Origin: Archangium sp.
Lineage (GTDB): Bacteria > Myxococcota > Myxococcia > Myxococcales > Myxococcaceae
NCBI GenBank assembly: GCA_031367385.1
Contig: JANLPS010000100.1
Coordinates: 1-36,711 of the forward strand
Direction of reading: 5' to 3'
DNA length: 36,711 nt
Position numbers and translations under genes: made by a program. How positions within the stretch are numbered: the first letter of the stretch is position 1; the number at the start of each line of letters is the position of its first letter. Below the pieces are notes generated by a model. The model was not told the origin of the DNA, did not search any database, and worked only from the letters and a program-made list of their open reading frames with translations. Of this stretch, positions 1 to 9,130 are shown in pieces.

Positions 1-291
1 AAAGAAGTCGGCACCAGGGTCACCTCAGATGCCACGCTGGTGATTGCAGGGCAGCGAACGGCGGTTGACGTCGTCATCACTGCCAGCAGCGAGAAGACGA
101 GGCTTGCAACCGAACCGGTTGGCGACTGGGGCATCCCTCCAAAAGAACGAGTTTCAGCTGGCGAGCAGAAGCCTCTCGAAGAGGCCGTTCAGTCTCTCGG
201 GCGGGCCACTTCTCTCCGCATCGCCACCCTGGTCGAGGTGCAACTGCCCTTTGGTGGCACTGTTCGATTTCGCGGCGGCGCTCCGGCCTGA
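1..291 (+). CDS. Hypothetical protein, 3' fragment (5' end outside window)
   Basis: Frame 1 is open from base 1 (KEVGTRVTSDATLVIAGQ...) to TGA at 289-291 and converges on the next gene; no recognisable motif. Confidence 0.5.
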   Translation, partial: KEVGTRVTSDATLVIAGQRTAVDVVITASSEKTRLATEPVGDWGIPPKERVSAGEQKPLEEAVQSLGRATSLRIATLVEVQLPFGGTVRFRGGAPA

Positions 292-338
292 AGTCGCCAA
301 TTGGTGTCACAGGCAGCGACAGGTGCTGGCGCTGAGTT

Positions 339-2093
339 TCACGGCCCCGGCGTGTGATTGAGGGTCATCGTGTGGGTGGTGGTCAGGTGAATGTCGGCAT
401 CGACGAAATTTTCGTCAACCGACTTGGTCGCCAACACCGCGCTGCCGTTGTGAACCACCCAGTCGGCGAAGAAGAACCCTTCGGTGTCGTTGAAGTAGGC
501 GGGCAGGCTGCCCAAGACGACGACATAGGTGGCCCAGTAGTTGAGGCCATTGATGGTCTGTGGCGGGTTCGGGGGGTGGTTGCACAGGTCGAGCAGCACG
601 TGAGTCGTGCCGACGACCGAGCCCGAATAGTTGTTGGCGAAGTACAAGAGCTTGAATTTGTCGATCTCTCCCTTGCCCGAGACCCGCGGGTCGGTCTTGA
701 GCGACCAGTCGAGGCTCTGCACCACGAACGTGGCGTCATGCGGCGTGATGGTGCCAATGCCTGAGCAGGGGTCGGTGTAGTTGACCGTGTAGCTGGTCGA
801 GATGAGCGGCCCATGCGGCGCCTCGCTCATCAGTGAAGCGCTCAACAGGTCTCCGGGAGTAAGCGAGAGCTTGACCTGGCCCTGCATCGCCTCGCGCACC
901 TTCCACTCGCTCGAGTCGTTGGTGATGGTGCTCTCGATGTCGAGGCGGTACTTGTGACAGGCGCGAATGTGCTGCTCCGCCTTCGTCTCCCAGGCTTTGT
1001 TCGAGGTGTCGATGCCGAGCAGCTGCGACTGACGCTCGAGCCCCAGCCACACGGGGATGATGCGCTGAATGATGTGCTGGTCACGGCACAGTGCGTACTC
1101 CTCATCGAGGCAAACCCCGGCCACGGTGTCGACCAGCGGCTCGAGCTGCGCATACTGGGGCACGGCTCCGGTGAGGCCCAGCAATTGCGCTTGTCGCTCC
1201 GTGCCCAACACGGTCTCGAGGGCGAGGCGCCCGGCAGCGCAACTCGAGCCGGCGGCGGCCACCCGTACTTCGACGACCTCCTTCACGTACTCGCGCAGCA
1301 ACGCGATGACCTCCGCGATCGAGACCATGCCCGACTCTTCATCGCCCAACAGCTGCCGTTGCCGCTCGGCGGTCAGACGCTCTGCGATCGCGCTCTGAAT
1401 GCGCGCTTCAGCCGAGCCACCGATTCGATTGCGAACGCCTGCGAGGCTGGCCGAGATGCCCTGCGTCGCAGTCGCGTAGGCGTAGCTCGAAAAGTGCAAC
1501 AACTGCAGCGTCAGCCGCGAATCACCCTTGGCCGGAGCCGCCAGCGCGACCTGGTTGTTCGCGCCCCAACCGAAGGGCACCTGCTGCGCCACCGGTGGGG
1601 TCTGGCCTGCGCCCGGCGTGATCACCAGGGTCAGCGGCGAGTTGAAGGTGAGCCCGTCGGGCAGCAGCTGCACTCCCCAGGTCTTGCCAGTGCCGAAGGG
1701 GTTGGCGTCGAGCCGCACCGGCGTCATCACGATGGTCTGGGGCGAGATCAGCGCATCGTTGGGGATGGTGAGCTCGAAGGTCGTGCCGTCAGAGGCGGTC
1801 GCGGTCAGCACTCCGCCGGCGATGGTGAAGTCTTGTGCGACCCCGGCGTCATTCTCGAGGGTCGCGCTCACGGTCAGGGGCGAAGCGGCTGGCGTCAGGC
1901 TCCAGAGCCCACCGTCGAAAGTGCTCACGGTGCCACCCCCCGCGTCGTTCGCCAAAGCCCCAGCATCTTGCGCCGCCGTGGTTGTGCCCGCATCGGTGAA
2001 CGAGCCACCGCCAGGGCCTCCGTCACCCTCAGCGCTTCGAACGGGGGTACAGGCAGCGAGCACAATCGCGAGCAGAACGAGGTGGAGTTTCAC
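339..2093 (-). CDS. Large lipoprotein with Gly/DAG-rich linker, beta-rich N-terminal domain and three ERQxQLLG helical repeats
   Basis: GTG at 2093 gives MKLHLVLLAIVLAAC (hydrophobic signal plus lipobox). The segment 'VQLLPDGLTFNSPLTLVI...LLHFSSY' resembles ZU5-like folds of bacterial lipoproteins. Confidence 0.75.
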   Translation of the reverse strand: MKLHLVLLAIVLAACTPVRSAEGDGGPGGGSFTDAGTTTAAQDAGALANDAGGGTVSTFDGGLWSLTPAASPLTVSATLENDAGVAQDFTIAGGVLTATASDGTTFELTIPNDALISPQTIVMTPVRLDANPFGTGKTWGVQLLPDGLTFNSPLTLVITPGAGQTPPVAQQVPFGWGANNQVALAAPAKGDSRLTLQLLHFSSYAYATATQGISASLAGVRNRIGGSAEARIQSAIAERLTAERQRQLLGDEESGMVSIAEVIALLREYVKEVVEVRVAAAGSSCAAGRLALETVLGTERQAQLLGLTGAVPQYAQLEPLVDTVAGVCLDEEYALCRDQHIIQRIIPVWLGLERQSQLLGIDTSNKAWETKAEQHIRACHKYRLDIESTITNDSSEWKVREAMQGQVKLSLTPGDLLSASLMSEAPHGPLISTSYTVNYTDPCSGIGTITPHDATFVVQSLDWSLKTDPRVSGKGEIDKFKLLYFANNYSGSVVGTTHVLLDLCNHPPNPPQTINGLNYWATYVVVLGSLPAYFNDTEGFFFADWVVHNGSAVLATKSVDENFVDADIHLTTTHTMTLNHTPGP

Positions 2094-2158
2094 GGGGGCA
2101 GGCCTCAAGACAGAGTCGACGGGAATATGCCCGGCGAGTGCTGCTAACGGCACGCACC

Positions 2159-4528
2159 TTAGTACTCAGCGCGAATGCCGAGAAATGGGCGAATCGGGAG
2201 GTGGTTGAAGGCCTGGCGATTGGGCTCCATGCCCCCGGCGTAGTCGCCCTTGTCGTAGATGTAGGTGAACACGTTCATCGTGTTCGTCACGTTGAGCGCC
2301 TCGAGGTACACCGCGCACGACAACGGGCCCGCCTTGAAGCGGTACTCGCCGCGAAACGAGAGCTCGAAGAAGAAGGGAAACGTCGCCGAGCTGGTCGGCC
2401 CGAAGACTGGCACGAAGCGCTGGTTCTCGAAGTCTGAGATGAATGAGGCGACCGGTGTGTAGGGGCGACCAGTTCGAAAATTGGCGCGGCCGGTGAAGAC
2501 CCACTTCGAATTCGGAGACCAGGTCAGGCTCGCGGCCGCCGAGACGGGCTGCTCCCACTCGACGCGGTACTCTTGCAGGCCGACCGCGAGCGGGTTGGTG
2601 CGATGGGCGCGCTGAATGCCGAGCCCGAAGGTGTAGGCGAAGTGATCGACTCGCCCGACCATGATCAGGTCGAGGCCGTAGGCGGTGCCGGTACCGAGGC
2701 TCTGGTAGGCGGGCAGCCCCGCGGCGAGCCTGGCGTCGAGCGCGTCGCGCGTGTCGGGGTTGACGGCCAACGCTGAGAGCCACTTGCTCCAGCCTTCGAC
2801 CTTCAGCAACGCCTCGAACGGCAAAGGCTGCTCAGCCCCGATGACCAGGTTCACGCTTCGCTGGGGCAAGAGCGCGGGGTTGCCGTATTGCGCATCGAGC
2901 AACAGGGGTGACGCGACCGGTTGCAGCGCGAAGCCCGTCGAGGCCTTGAGCACCGTGAGGGTCGGCAACACCAGTGAGGCCGCGAGCCGCCCAGAGCCGG
3001 TCACCTGGCGGTGCGACACATCGACCTGACCCCGCAGCCCCGCCTCGACGGTGAAGCGCTCGAAGATCTTCCACGTGTGTTCGCCATAGACGGCGATCAG
3101 GTTTTGCGTTCGGCTCGGCGCGATCGGCAAGGCCGGCAGGTACGTATCGATGATCGGTATCTGGGCCCACGGCGCCTGGGCCCGCGAATCAGAGACCGAG
3201 CCCGTCAACTGCAAGCGGCGCCACGCATATTGCACGCCCAGCGAGGTGCGATGCGCATCGGAGTGCACGATCTTCGCGTCTGCCCGAAAGAGCACGTCGA
3301 CGTTCTCGGCGTCGCTGACCAGGCTGCGCTCGCTCGAGATGTTCACCGCATTGGTGTCGCGGGTGAAGGCGCCGAGCACAGAGAGCTCGCTGTCACCACC
3401 GAGATCGACGGCGTGGCTGAGCGAGGCAATCAGCGCGTTGTTCTGCAGCTTGAGCCCGCCCGCGAAGTTCACCAGCACTTCTTCACCGGGTTTGATCACG
3501 AAGTTCACGCCGTCGCTGGCGTTGATGAAGGTGGCGAGGGTTCGGTGCTTGCCGCGGTGAAAGATCACCCGAGCGAAAACCTCAGTGATGTCGGGCGCGA
3601 CCACGTTCTGGCCGAAGACGTTCAGGGCCTTGAGCGCGGCGAAGTAAAGCTCGAAGTAGCTGCGCCGAAACCCGACCACCGCCGAGAGCCCCTCGATGCC
3701 CAGGGGGATGTCGGCGCGAATCTTCGCGGTCTGAATCGAGAGATCGGCGACCACGTGAAACTTGGTCGCTTCGACCTTCGGGTAGTGCACCTCGAGCGTG
3801 CCCGAGAGCGTCGGCTCGTAGCGGGCAGGGGAGCCACCGGCGTAGAAATCGGCCGATTCGACGAGCTGGGGGTTGATGATGCTGGCGAAACCGCCGAGGT
3901 GAAACGGGTTGCTCAACGGTACGCCGTCGATCATGAACAGCACTTCATCGGGGGCCCCGCCGCGCACGAAGAAGCTCGCGAGCAGATCGGGGTCGGCCGC
4001 CACGCCGGGCAGGCTCTGCACCACGCGGGCGATGTCTTCCAACGCGCCGGGGGTACGGTCGATGTCAGTGCGATTGAACGAGTAATGGCTCACCTGAGGC
4101 GTGCGATCGGCGTCGGGCACCGCGGGCAACAACCGGCTGCCGCGAATCAGGGTCTCTGAGACCCGCTCTTTTGGCAGCACGTACCGAACCTCGGCGATTC
4201 GGCCCGGCTGAAACACCTCGGGGAAGGCCTTCAGCGCGTACCCGGGCTTGACCACCGAGACCCAGGTGTCGGCGTCGAAGGGCTGATCGAAGGTGATTGA
4301 AAATGCGCCCTTCTCGTCGGTTACCGCTGACTTGGGCTCGAGCTTGACTTGGGCTCCGGGCAGCGGCTCTCCGAGCGCGCCCACGACGCGGCCACGCAAG
4401 ACGAACGGCGCCACCGCCACGTGGGGGGCTTGAGCCACCACGCCCCCATCGGCATCGAAATCAGCCCCACCATCGGCCTCGGTCAACGGCTGGGAGAGCA
4501 CCACCAGCAATACCTGCGCAAAGAGCAC
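2159..4528 (-). CDS. TonB-dependent receptor with N-terminal carboxypeptidase-regulatory-like domain
   Basis: Signal-like N-terminus; 'LRGRVVGALGEPLPGAQV' domain; plug motifs 'DIARVVQSLPGV', 'VRGG', 'IDGVP'; amphipathic beta strands ending in aromatic 'GIRAEY'. Confidence 0.9.
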   Translation of the reverse strand: MLFAQVLLVVLSQPLTEADGGADFDADGGVVAQAPHVAVAPFVLRGRVVGALGEPLPGAQVKLEPKSAVTDEKGAFSITFDQPFDADTWVSVVKPGYALKAFPEVFQPGRIAEVRYVLPKERVSETLIRGSRLLPAVPDADRTPQVSHYSFNRTDIDRTPGALEDIARVVQSLPGVAADPDLLASFFVRGGAPDEVLFMIDGVPLSNPFHLGGFASIINPQLVESADFYAGGSPARYEPTLSGTLEVHYPKVEATKFHVVADLSIQTAKIRADIPLGIEGLSAVVGFRRSYFELYFAALKALNVFGQNVVAPDITEVFARVIFHRGKHRTLATFINASDGVNFVIKPGEEVLVNFAGGLKLQNNALIASLSHAVDLGGDSELSVLGAFTRDTNAVNISSERSLVSDAENVDVLFRADAKIVHSDAHRTSLGVQYAWRRLQLTGSVSDSRAQAPWAQIPIIDTYLPALPIAPSRTQNLIAVYGEHTWKIFERFTVEAGLRGQVDVSHRQVTGSGRLAASLVLPTLTVLKASTGFALQPVASPLLLDAQYGNPALLPQRSVNLVIGAEQPLPFEALLKVEGWSKWLSALAVNPDTRDALDARLAAGLPAYQSLGTGTAYGLDLIMVGRVDHFAYTFGLGIQRAHRTNPLAVGLQEYRVEWEQPVSAAASLTWSPNSKWVFTGRANFRTGRPYTPVASFISDFENQRFVPVFGPTSSATFPFFFELSFRGEYRFKAGPLSCAVYLEALNVTNTMNVFTYIYDKGDYAGGMEPNRQAFNHLPIRPFLGIRAEY

Positions 4529-4570
4529 GCCAGTGACTTAGCAGCCTCGTCGCGATTCTCGAGGTGTGAG

Positions 4571-6079
4571 ATGAAGAGGCGCCCCATGTTCTTCGTTTTT
4601 TCACGCGCCGCGGCGACCGGCCTTGTGCTTCTGACAGCCTCGGCGGCCTTGGCGGTCGCAAGCGCGCCGGTGCCGGCGGTCATCGCTCCGCTGGTTCTGT
4701 TTCTGGCCTGCGTCGCCATCGCCCCAGCCTTCTCGCGGCTCGAGTTTTTTCTGCCGACCGTGAGCCGGGGTGATCGCTCGCGGCCCGAAGTGGCCATCAC
4801 CTTCGACGACGGCCCCGACCCGCGTACCTTGCCGCCCTTGCTCGAGCTGCTGGCCGAATTTCAGGCGCCGGCGACGTTCTTCGTGGTCGGCAATCAAGTC
4901 AAAGCCAACCCGACCCTGGTGCCCCTGTTGCTCGAGCGAGGGCACGAGGTGGGCAACCACTCGCTCACCCACGACCCGATGCTGATGCTGCGCTCGATGA
5001 ACCGCCTGCGGCACGAGGTGCAGGGGTGCCAAGACGAGCTGATCGCCCTGGGCGCGAAGCCGACGGTCTTTCGCCCCCCGGTTGGCATCACCAACTCGCG
5101 GCTGCCGGTCATTCTTCGCGAGCTGGCGCTGACCTGCGTCACCTTCAATGTGCGGCCGCTCGACTTCGGCAACCTTCGAATCAAGCAGCTCGCTCAGCGG
5201 GTGCTGCGCAATGTCGCCGCGGGAGACATCATTCTGCTGCATGACCGTTGGCCGCACGAGGGGCCCTTCGACGAGTGGCTCGCAGAGCTGCGGCTCATTC
5301 TTTCGGGGCTGGCACAACGGGGTCTTCGCGTGGCGCCGCTCTCTCGGGTGCTGAACCAGAAGGTCATGGAGCGGGTGCCCGCCACGCCGGTGCCTCCCGC
5401 GGTCATGCCTCCGCCGCCGGGCAGGCTGAGCAAAGCGCTCGACGTCGCGATCTCGGTGGCGCAGGCCTTCGGCGTCGTGGCGTACCCGCTGACCACCTAC
5501 TTCGGCATCGAGTCGTTCGGTGTTCGGGCGGCGGCGCTGCTGATGCTGGGGCTGCACCTGCCGGGCGTCATTCGAACCCTCGCGCGAAACGGCCGTCAGG
5601 CGCTGGGCCTGCTGGGCATGGGCGCGGTGGTGGTGACGCTGTGCGTGTTGGCGGCGGTGCTCGAAGACACCCGGTTCATGTTGGCGTACCCGTCGTTGGT
5701 GAACGTGGCGTTGTTGATGCAATTCTGGTGGTCATTGGTGCGAGGGCCGCCGATGGTCGAGCGGTTCGCGCGGCTGCAGACCAGCTCGCTAAGCCCCGCC
5801 GAGCTGGCCTATTGCCGTTCGGTGACCTTTGTCTGGTGCGCGTTCTTCATCTTCAACGGGGGGCTGATCACGGCCCTGGCCATCGTGGGCCCGCGCAGCT
5901 GGTGGGCGGCCTACGCCAGCGGCATCTCGTACCTGCTGGTGGGGCTGCTGTTCACCGCCGAGTTCGTGATTCGCAGGGTGCGGTTCGGCAAATTCGGCGC
6001 TGGCTTGCCCGATCGGCTCCTCAAGGTAATCTTGCCGCGCGCGGTGGTCGCTCGAGCCACTCGCAACGACGTCATCTAG
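4571..6079 (+). CDS. Polysaccharide deacetylase (NodB/CE4) fused to a C-terminal COG4648-like membrane domain
   Basis: CE4 motifs TFDDGP, GNHSLTH, FRPPVG and ILLHD. C-terminal 'YPSLVN...GPPMVERFARL...AYCRSVTFVWCAFF' multi-TM domain. Start at ATG 4571 or 4586, each preceded by GAGG. Confidence 0.85.
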   Translation: MKRRPMFFVFSRAAATGLVLLTASAALAVASAPVPAVIAPLVLFLACVAIAPAFSRLEFFLPTVSRGDRSRPEVAITFDDGPDPRTLPPLLELLAEFQAPATFFVVGNQVKANPTLVPLLLERGHEVGNHSLTHDPMLMLRSMNRLRHEVQGCQDELIALGAKPTVFRPPVGITNSRLPVILRELALTCVTFNVRPLDFGNLRIKQLAQRVLRNVAAGDIILLHDRWPHEGPFDEWLAELRLILSGLAQRGLRVAPLSRVLNQKVMERVPATPVPPAVMPPPPGRLSKALDVAISVAQAFGVVAYPLTTYFGIESFGVRAAALLMLGLHLPGVIRTLARNGRQALGLLGMGAVVVTLCVLAAVLEDTRFMLAYPSLVNVALLMQFWWSLVRGPPMVERFARLQTSSLSPAELAYCRSVTFVWCAFFIFNGGLITALAIVGPRSWWAAYASGISYLLVGLLFTAEFVIRRVRFGKFGAGLPDRLLKVILPRAVVARATRNDVI

Positions 6080-6093
6080 CCGGGGGTCTCACC

Positions 6094-6615
6094 GTGAGCG
6101 CGTTGCTGATCATCATGTCGGTTCTCACCTCGGGGCCAGACGCTCCGATGCTCGCCGGCTCCGAAGCGCATCACCGGGGTCTGCTGATCGCCCAGGCTGC
6201 GCCTCCTCCGCTCCCGCCTGCCGACTTGCCGCTGCCCCCGCCCGAATCAGGTCGCTACGACAATTGGTCGAAAGCACAACTGCAACTCGAGCTGACCCGT
6301 CTCGAGAACCTGAAGCCGAGCCTGGGGTTGCCGATCGTCTTGCTCTCGGCGGGCGGCTTCGTGGCCCTGGTCGGCCTCTACGTCGCGTCGACCTACTTGA
6401 TCGCGGGGCTGTTCATCCTCATCCCCGGGTTGGCGGTGTTGGTGTGGGGGGCTATCTTGCTCGCTCAGCGAATACCCGAGCGGCGAATCTTGGGTGAGCA
6501 GATCAACGACATTCAGTTTCGGCTCGATCACTTCGATCACCCCTTCGGAGTGCCCCCGCCGCCGCCTCCGTCAGTGCGCGCCCCGACACCCACCGTGTTG
6601 CTGGCGCAATTCTAG
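6094..6615 (+). CDS. Hypothetical proline-rich membrane protein (two TM helices)
   Basis: GTG 14 nt after the upstream stop; signal-like N-terminus, poly-Pro tracts and a hydrophobic hairpin. The longer ORF-track version overlaps the upstream gene. Confidence 0.7.
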   Translation: MSALLIIMSVLTSGPDAPMLAGSEAHHRGLLIAQAAPPPLPPADLPLPPPESGRYDNWSKAQLQLELTRLENLKPSLGLPIVLLSAGGFVALVGLYVASTYLIAGLFILIPGLAVLVWGAILLAQRIPERRILGEQINDIQFRLDHFDHPFGVPPPPPPSVRAPTPTVLLAQF

Positions 6616-6902
6616 CGACCGCCGTCAGAGAGCCCGGCATCGGAGCGCCCCGCATCAGCGGCGACTTGCGTGCACAGCGTGACGCAGCGCCCTTTGTTGT
6701 TCGCACACTCGAGGCCGTGCCAGACCGACTCGGCGTTTTCGTGGCACTCGTGAATGTCTCCGCTGCCAGGGTCGACCGAGTGGCACGCCGCGATGATGTC
6801 ATCGCACTCGGGTATGCCGTCGTACCCCGCGTCGACGATGACCGCGATTGGCTTCTCGCCGCAGCCAATGAGCAACAGCGAGACGAAAACAATACGTCGC
6901 AT
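6612..6902 (-). CDS. Small cysteine-rich lipoprotein
   Basis: ATG at 6902 after GAGG; MRRIVFVSLLLIGC lipobox; six further Cys; DAG-rich C-terminus. Confidence 0.75.
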   Translation of the reverse strand: MRRIVFVSLLLIGCGEKPIAVIVDAGYDGIPECDDIIAACHSVDPGSGDIHECHENAESVWHGLECANNKGRCVTLCTQVAADAGRSDAGLSDGGR

Positions 6903-7010
6903 TCGATGAGACCTCATTCAGGGTGAGCGTAAAGCAACTGCGTGATCGTGCCCGGGAGATCGGGCGCCGCGCGTCTGTGAGAGCCAACTTCGCGGAGTGC
7001 GCACCAGCGG

Positions 7011-8978
7011 CTACCGGTGATGTGAACGGCGCTCGATTCGCTGCCACATCTGAAGGTACTTCTCGGCGCTGTGAAAAATCGGTGCGAGCAGCTGGCCCTG
7101 GTGCGCCGCGCGCGCGACGTTCGCCGAGTCTTGAAAAAAATCCGGCAGCATTCCGTAGTGGGCCATGCCGTCGAGGTTCACGTCGAACTCGCGGGTGCCA
7201 GCGGTCGAGCGCTCGAGCGGTGCGTTGGGGCCCTCGCTCATCGCGGCCCAGCGCTCGCGGTCGGGGTGACCTGATTGCCACGCCCTGACTTCATCGCTCG
7301 TGTAGGGCGAGTCGTCTCCGGTGGCTTTTTGCTCGAAGCGCCATCGGCCCAATGACGTCACGGGCGTCTGGTAGGTCACGCCGTTTCGTTGGGCGAAGGC
7401 CTGGGTTCGAATGCGGCCATTGGCGCGTCGCACCGCATCACCTCGGGCACCTGGGCACGCGTCGACTCCGAAGCGAGGCGTGGGCATGGTGGCGAAGCCG
7501 CCCACGTCTGACGCGATGCCCGAAATGCCCGGGGCGACCTCTTCGGCATATTCGAGCATCTGCAAGAAGCCCTTCGACGAGCCGTCACAATCGAGGGCGA
7601 TGCGATCTCGCCAGCTCACCCCGACGCCACCCGAGACGAGCTGGAGGCCGATCATGCCGCCCCCCGCTGCGATGGCCTCGAGCTGCTGCCTCGTGCGACT
7701 GCGATCGCTGCGAATTTTTCGCGCATCGGCGACGCCGTACTCACCGTTCACGTCATCGGCGAACGCGATGGCCAGGGGTTCAGCGGCAACGCCTCCATCG
7801 TCGAGCGACACGATTCGCGTGCCGAAAGAGAGGTCGCGAAAATGGGTGTGCGAGCTCATGATCGGCACTCCGGCCTCGCGTGAAAGACGAAGGGTGGTGT
7901 CGACGCCCTGCTCAGACATGTGCTCGACGTCGACGATGAAGCCCTGTTTCAACATCTCGGCAACCAGCAGCTCGCCCCCCGCCGTGAGGCCCTTGCTGGC
8001 ACCGATGGCACGGGCGGGAGGAAACGGGTGCTTGCCATGAAACGCGCTCGCAAAGCCCACCAGCCCCGTCACGCCGGTGGGAGGCACGCGGGTCGGGTCG
8101 AAGCGAATGCCGCGCTCGAAGGCCTCTTCGGTCGAATAGAAATCGCCGGTGTCGACGAAGTTCATCGCGTTGAGCACGGGCTCGAAGACCGCCGGCTGCC
8201 CAAAGGCATTGGTGGTCAGGTGAATCGGCAAGACGTGGCGAACACCCGAGGCCCAGAGCTCGGCGAGCACCGCGTCAATCGTCTTGCGCGGGTCGGGGCC
8301 CAGGTCTTCTTCGCGTGAGAGGTTCGCGAGCGATTCAACCTCGATGCCCAAGACCACCGCCATTTTGCCGGAGGCGATGATCTCGCGTGCTTCGGTTGAC
8401 GTGCGCGCGATCGCGGCGAAGTCTGACGCAGGGCCATCGAAGAAGAGCCGGGCCGCCGCGACTTGAAGGCTCAGCGCCGACGCATCGTCGAGCGGCACCG
8501 GCGTCAGCTCGCCTTTGATCGAGAGGCCGTTGCCGAGCTTGTAGACCTTGCCGAGCATCGGCGTGTTCTGAACGTCCATCTGAACGAGGCGCACGCCCCC
8601 TTGCCAGGCGCGGCGAACCCACTCGACGTAGGCCTGCTGGTGAACGAGCGTGTCGTACTTGGGCCAGCCTTCGAAGCCCGGGTAGCCCGAGGTGCCATGC
8701 TGAGGTTCAGGCAAGACGGCGGTGCTCAGGCCGTGGCTGTCTTGGCCGTGATCGCGTTTGCAGCTCGCCAGGGCCTCTCGCATGCCGTTGGGCGCCGACG
8801 GAGCGCCATGCAGCACCCGGCCACCGAAGCCCAGGTGGTTGAAGAAATGCGCGTGCAAGTCGGCGACGCCCCAGACCTCGCCCGGCTTCGCGTCGGTGCC
8901 CCGCCAGTAATCACCACCAATGGGCACGGCGGCGACAGACGGGTCGGCACCGAGCAGCAACATGAGAACGACGTGCAT
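7011..8978 (-). CDS. Secreted membrane-dipeptidase-like (peptidase M19 / amidohydrolase fold) protein
   Basis: Metal-binding 'DLHAH', 'VLGIEVE', 'DVEHMS', 'SSH' and C-terminal 'GMAHYGMLPDF'; hydrophobic N-terminus from ATG 8978. Confidence 0.8.
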   Translation of the reverse strand: MHVVLMLLLGADPSVAAVPIGGDYWRGTDAKPGEVWGVADLHAHFFNHLGFGGRVLHGAPSAPNGMREALASCKRDHGQDSHGLSTAVLPEPQHGTSGYPGFEGWPKYDTLVHQQAYVEWVRRAWQGGVRLVQMDVQNTPMLGKVYKLGNGLSIKGELTPVPLDDASALSLQVAAARLFFDGPASDFAAIARTSTEAREIIASGKMAVVLGIEVESLANLSREEDLGPDPRKTIDAVLAELWASGVRHVLPIHLTTNAFGQPAVFEPVLNAMNFVDTGDFYSTEEAFERGIRFDPTRVPPTGVTGLVGFASAFHGKHPFPPARAIGASKGLTAGGELLVAEMLKQGFIVDVEHMSEQGVDTTLRLSREAGVPIMSSHTHFRDLSFGTRIVSLDDGGVAAEPLAIAFADDVNGEYGVADARKIRSDRSRTRQQLEAIAAGGGMIGLQLVSGGVGVSWRDRIALDCDGSSKGFLQMLEYAEEVAPGISGIASDVGGFATMPTPRFGVDACPGARGDAVRRANGRIRTQAFAQRNGVTYQTPVTSLGRWRFEQKATGDDSPYTSDEVRAWQSGHPDRERWAAMSEGPNAPLERSTAGTREFDVNLDGMAHYGMLPDFFQDSANVARAAHQGQLLAPIFHSAEKYLQMWQRIERRSHHR

Positions 8979-9024
8979 TGACCGCGGTATACCGCGCCGC
9001 CGGGCAATCACGTGCACCACAGGC

Positions 9025-9042
9025 TGTGCAACGCCTTGCACA
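9025..9042. promoter_or_regulatory. Inverted repeat TGTGCAA-N4-TTGCACA, candidate activator/regulator binding site
   Basis: Perfect 7-bp arms in the divergent intergenic region, about 40 bp upstream of a sigma-54 promoter. Confidence 0.5.
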
Positions 9043-9083
9043 CCTTCGCGAGCCGCGGAGGCCTCACGCCCGGGCGTACACTT

Positions 9084-9099
9084 CGGCACATGGGTTGCT
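9084..9099 (+). promoter_or_regulatory. Sigma-54 (-24/-12) promoter
   Basis: CGGCACATGGGTTGCT matches TGGCAC-N5-TTGC with exact GG-N10-GC spacing, 31 nt upstream of the ATG at 9131. Confidence 0.7.
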
Positions 9100-9130
9100 C
9101 AAGGGCTGGTCTCCTTTCACTGGAGCACCC

